A DNA stretch of 20,000 nt from Malacoraja senta (taxonomy: Eukaryota), in assembly GCA_038087875.1 (NCBI GenBank), contig JAXLNO010000676.1, forward strand, positions 61,825-81,824, read 5' to 3'. Each line of letters opens with the position of its first letter. Position 1 is the stretch's first letter. The position numbers were made by a program, and so were the translations under genes. The notes below the pieces were generated by a model, which was given only the letters and a program-made list of their open reading frames with translations, made no database searches and had not been told where the DNA came from. Shown here piece after piece: positions 18,840 to 20,000 of this stretch.

Positions 18840-19244
18840 GCCTATTTCCTTCGCTCCATAGATGCTGCTGCACCCGCTGAGTTTCTCCAGCATTTTTGTG
18901 TACCTTCGATTTTCCAGCATCTGCAGTTCCTTCATTAACACAAAGTCCAATCAAGCATCGTCCGAGGGTCACCAAAAAGGTAGATAGCAGTTCAGGACTG
19001 CTCTCTGGTTGTGGTAGGATGGTTCAGCTGCCTGATAACAGCTGGGAAGAAACTGTCCCTGAATCTGGAGGTGTGCGTTTTCACACTTCTGTACCTTTTG
19101 TCCGATGGGAGAGGGGAGAAGAGGGAGCGGCCAGGGTGCGACTCGTCCTTGATTATGCTGTTATGGCCTTGCCGAGGCAGTGTGAGGTGTAAATAGAGTC
19201 AATGGAAGGGAGATAAACACAAAAATCCTTCAAAATTCCAGTGC

Positions 19245-19490
19245 CCGTACGGAGTTTGTACGTTCTCCCTGTGACCACGTGGGTTTTCTCCGGGTGCTCT
19301 GGTTTCCTCCAAAACTCCAAAGACGTAGGTTAATTGGCTTCTGTAATATTATCCCTTGTGTGCAGGGCAGTGTACTAGCGTAGTTCACTAGGGTAGTGAA
19401 CTAGCGATCGCTGGTCGGCCTGGACTCGGTGGGCCGAAGGACCTGTTTCCATGATGTATCTCTAAACTAGAATAACTAAAATAAACTATT
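19245..19490 (+). mobile_element. HE1-like SINE, 5'-truncated and degraded
   Basis: V-domain GGAGTTTGTACGTTCTCCCTGTGAC and tail TGTATCTCTAAACTA. Confidence 0.75.
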
Positions 19491-19576
19491 CTAAACGACA
19501 GTAAAATATTAGGTAGACAAAAATGCTGGAGAAACTCAGCGGGTGCAGCAGCATCTATGGAGCGAAGGAAATAGGC

Positions 19577-19604
19577 AACGTTTCGGGCCGAAACCCTTCT
19601 TCAG
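19577..19604 (-). ncRNA. Minimal hammerhead ribozyme motif downstream of PLE ORF on its sense strand
   Basis: Same 28-nt core, ~100 nt 3' of the GIY-YIG stop codon. Confidence 0.65.
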
Positions 19605-19706
19605 ACTGATAGGGGGTGGGGTGGGGGGCGGGTAGAAGAAAGGAAAAAGGAGGAGGAGAAGCCCAAGGGCTGAGGGAGAGATAGGAAGGGGAGGAGACAG
19701 CAGAGG

Positions 19707-20000
19707 CTAACAAAATTGGGAGAATTCAATGTTCATGCCCCCAGGATGCAGACTCCCCAAGCGGAATATGAGGTGCTGTTCCTCCAATTTCCAGTGTTGC
19801 TCGCTCTGGCCATGGAGGAGACCCAGGACAGAGAGGTCGGATACAGAATGGGAGGGTGAGTTGAAGTGCTGAGCCACCGGGAGGTCAGGTTGCTTATTGC
19901 GGACCGATCGCCAAGCCTCCGCTTGGTCTCACCGATGTAAATCAGCTGACATCTAGAGCAGCGGATGCAATAGATGAGGTTGGAGGAGATGCAGGTGAAC
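19707..20000 (-). pseudogene. PLE GIY-YIG endonuclease C-terminus (partial, frameshifted)
   Basis: FTCISSNLIYCIRCSRCQLIYIGETKRRLGD/VRNKQPDLPVAQHFNSPSH...KLEEQHLIFRLGSLHPGGMNIEFSQFC*. An apparent small deletion near 19905 shifts the frame. Confidence 0.88.

Larger units (their letters stand above)
18687..18940. mobile_element. Young palindromic Penelope-derived insertion
   Basis: Perfect 97-bp inverted arms 18684-18780/18810-18906 with a 29-bp spacer. 15-bp TSD CAAAGTCCAATCAAG at 18672-18686 and 18941-18955 within a Rex1/Babar host. Confidence 0.92.
18545..19213 (-). mobile_element. Rex1/Babar-clade LINE 3' fragment (host of the PLE palindrome)
   Basis: Minus strand LPSIDSIYTSHCLGKA..IIKDESHPGRSLFSPLPSDKRYRSVKTHTSRFRDSFFPAVIRQLN, followed by a 3' UTR. 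Confidence 0.85.
19510..20000 (-). mobile_element. Penelope-like element 3' portion, runs off window
   Basis: Minus strand encodes a GIY-YIG endonuclease C-terminus, followed by a pyrimidine-rich tract and the terminal repeat that matches 18684-18780. Confidence 0.9.

Overview
Eukaryotic, almost entirely repeat-derived DNA with no recognisable host gene. The repeat content (HE1/V-SINE-like tRNA SINEs, CR1/HER1 3' fragments, Rex1/Babar, Penelope) points to a cartilaginous fish, probably a skate or ray; this is an inference. The largest element is a decayed but nearly complete L2-clade LINE ORF2 (~11031-15541, +). It is interrupted inside its RT catalytic YxDD motif by a full-length 1634-bp Passport-like Tc1 (DD34E) transposon (12921-14554, TA TSD, ~215-bp IR/DR termini). 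There are also two PIF/Harbinger-like MITEs with shared TIRs, about ten SINE copies, many CR1 fragments and several Penelope-like (PLE) pieces, including a GIY-YIG 3' end at the right edge. Most notable: (i) PLE termini carry a minimal hammerhead ribozyme motif (CTGAnGA-stem II-GAAACGTY) repeatedly, sometimes as foldback pairs. (ii) A young TSD-flanked PLE palindrome with 97-bp perfect arms has a 29-bp spacer matching a chimeric junction ~620 bp upstream. (iii) Three pairs of paralogous composite segments, two with shared chimeric junctions, suggest local duplication/inversion or composite mobile units. All alignments were made by eye and boundaries of decayed elements are approximate.
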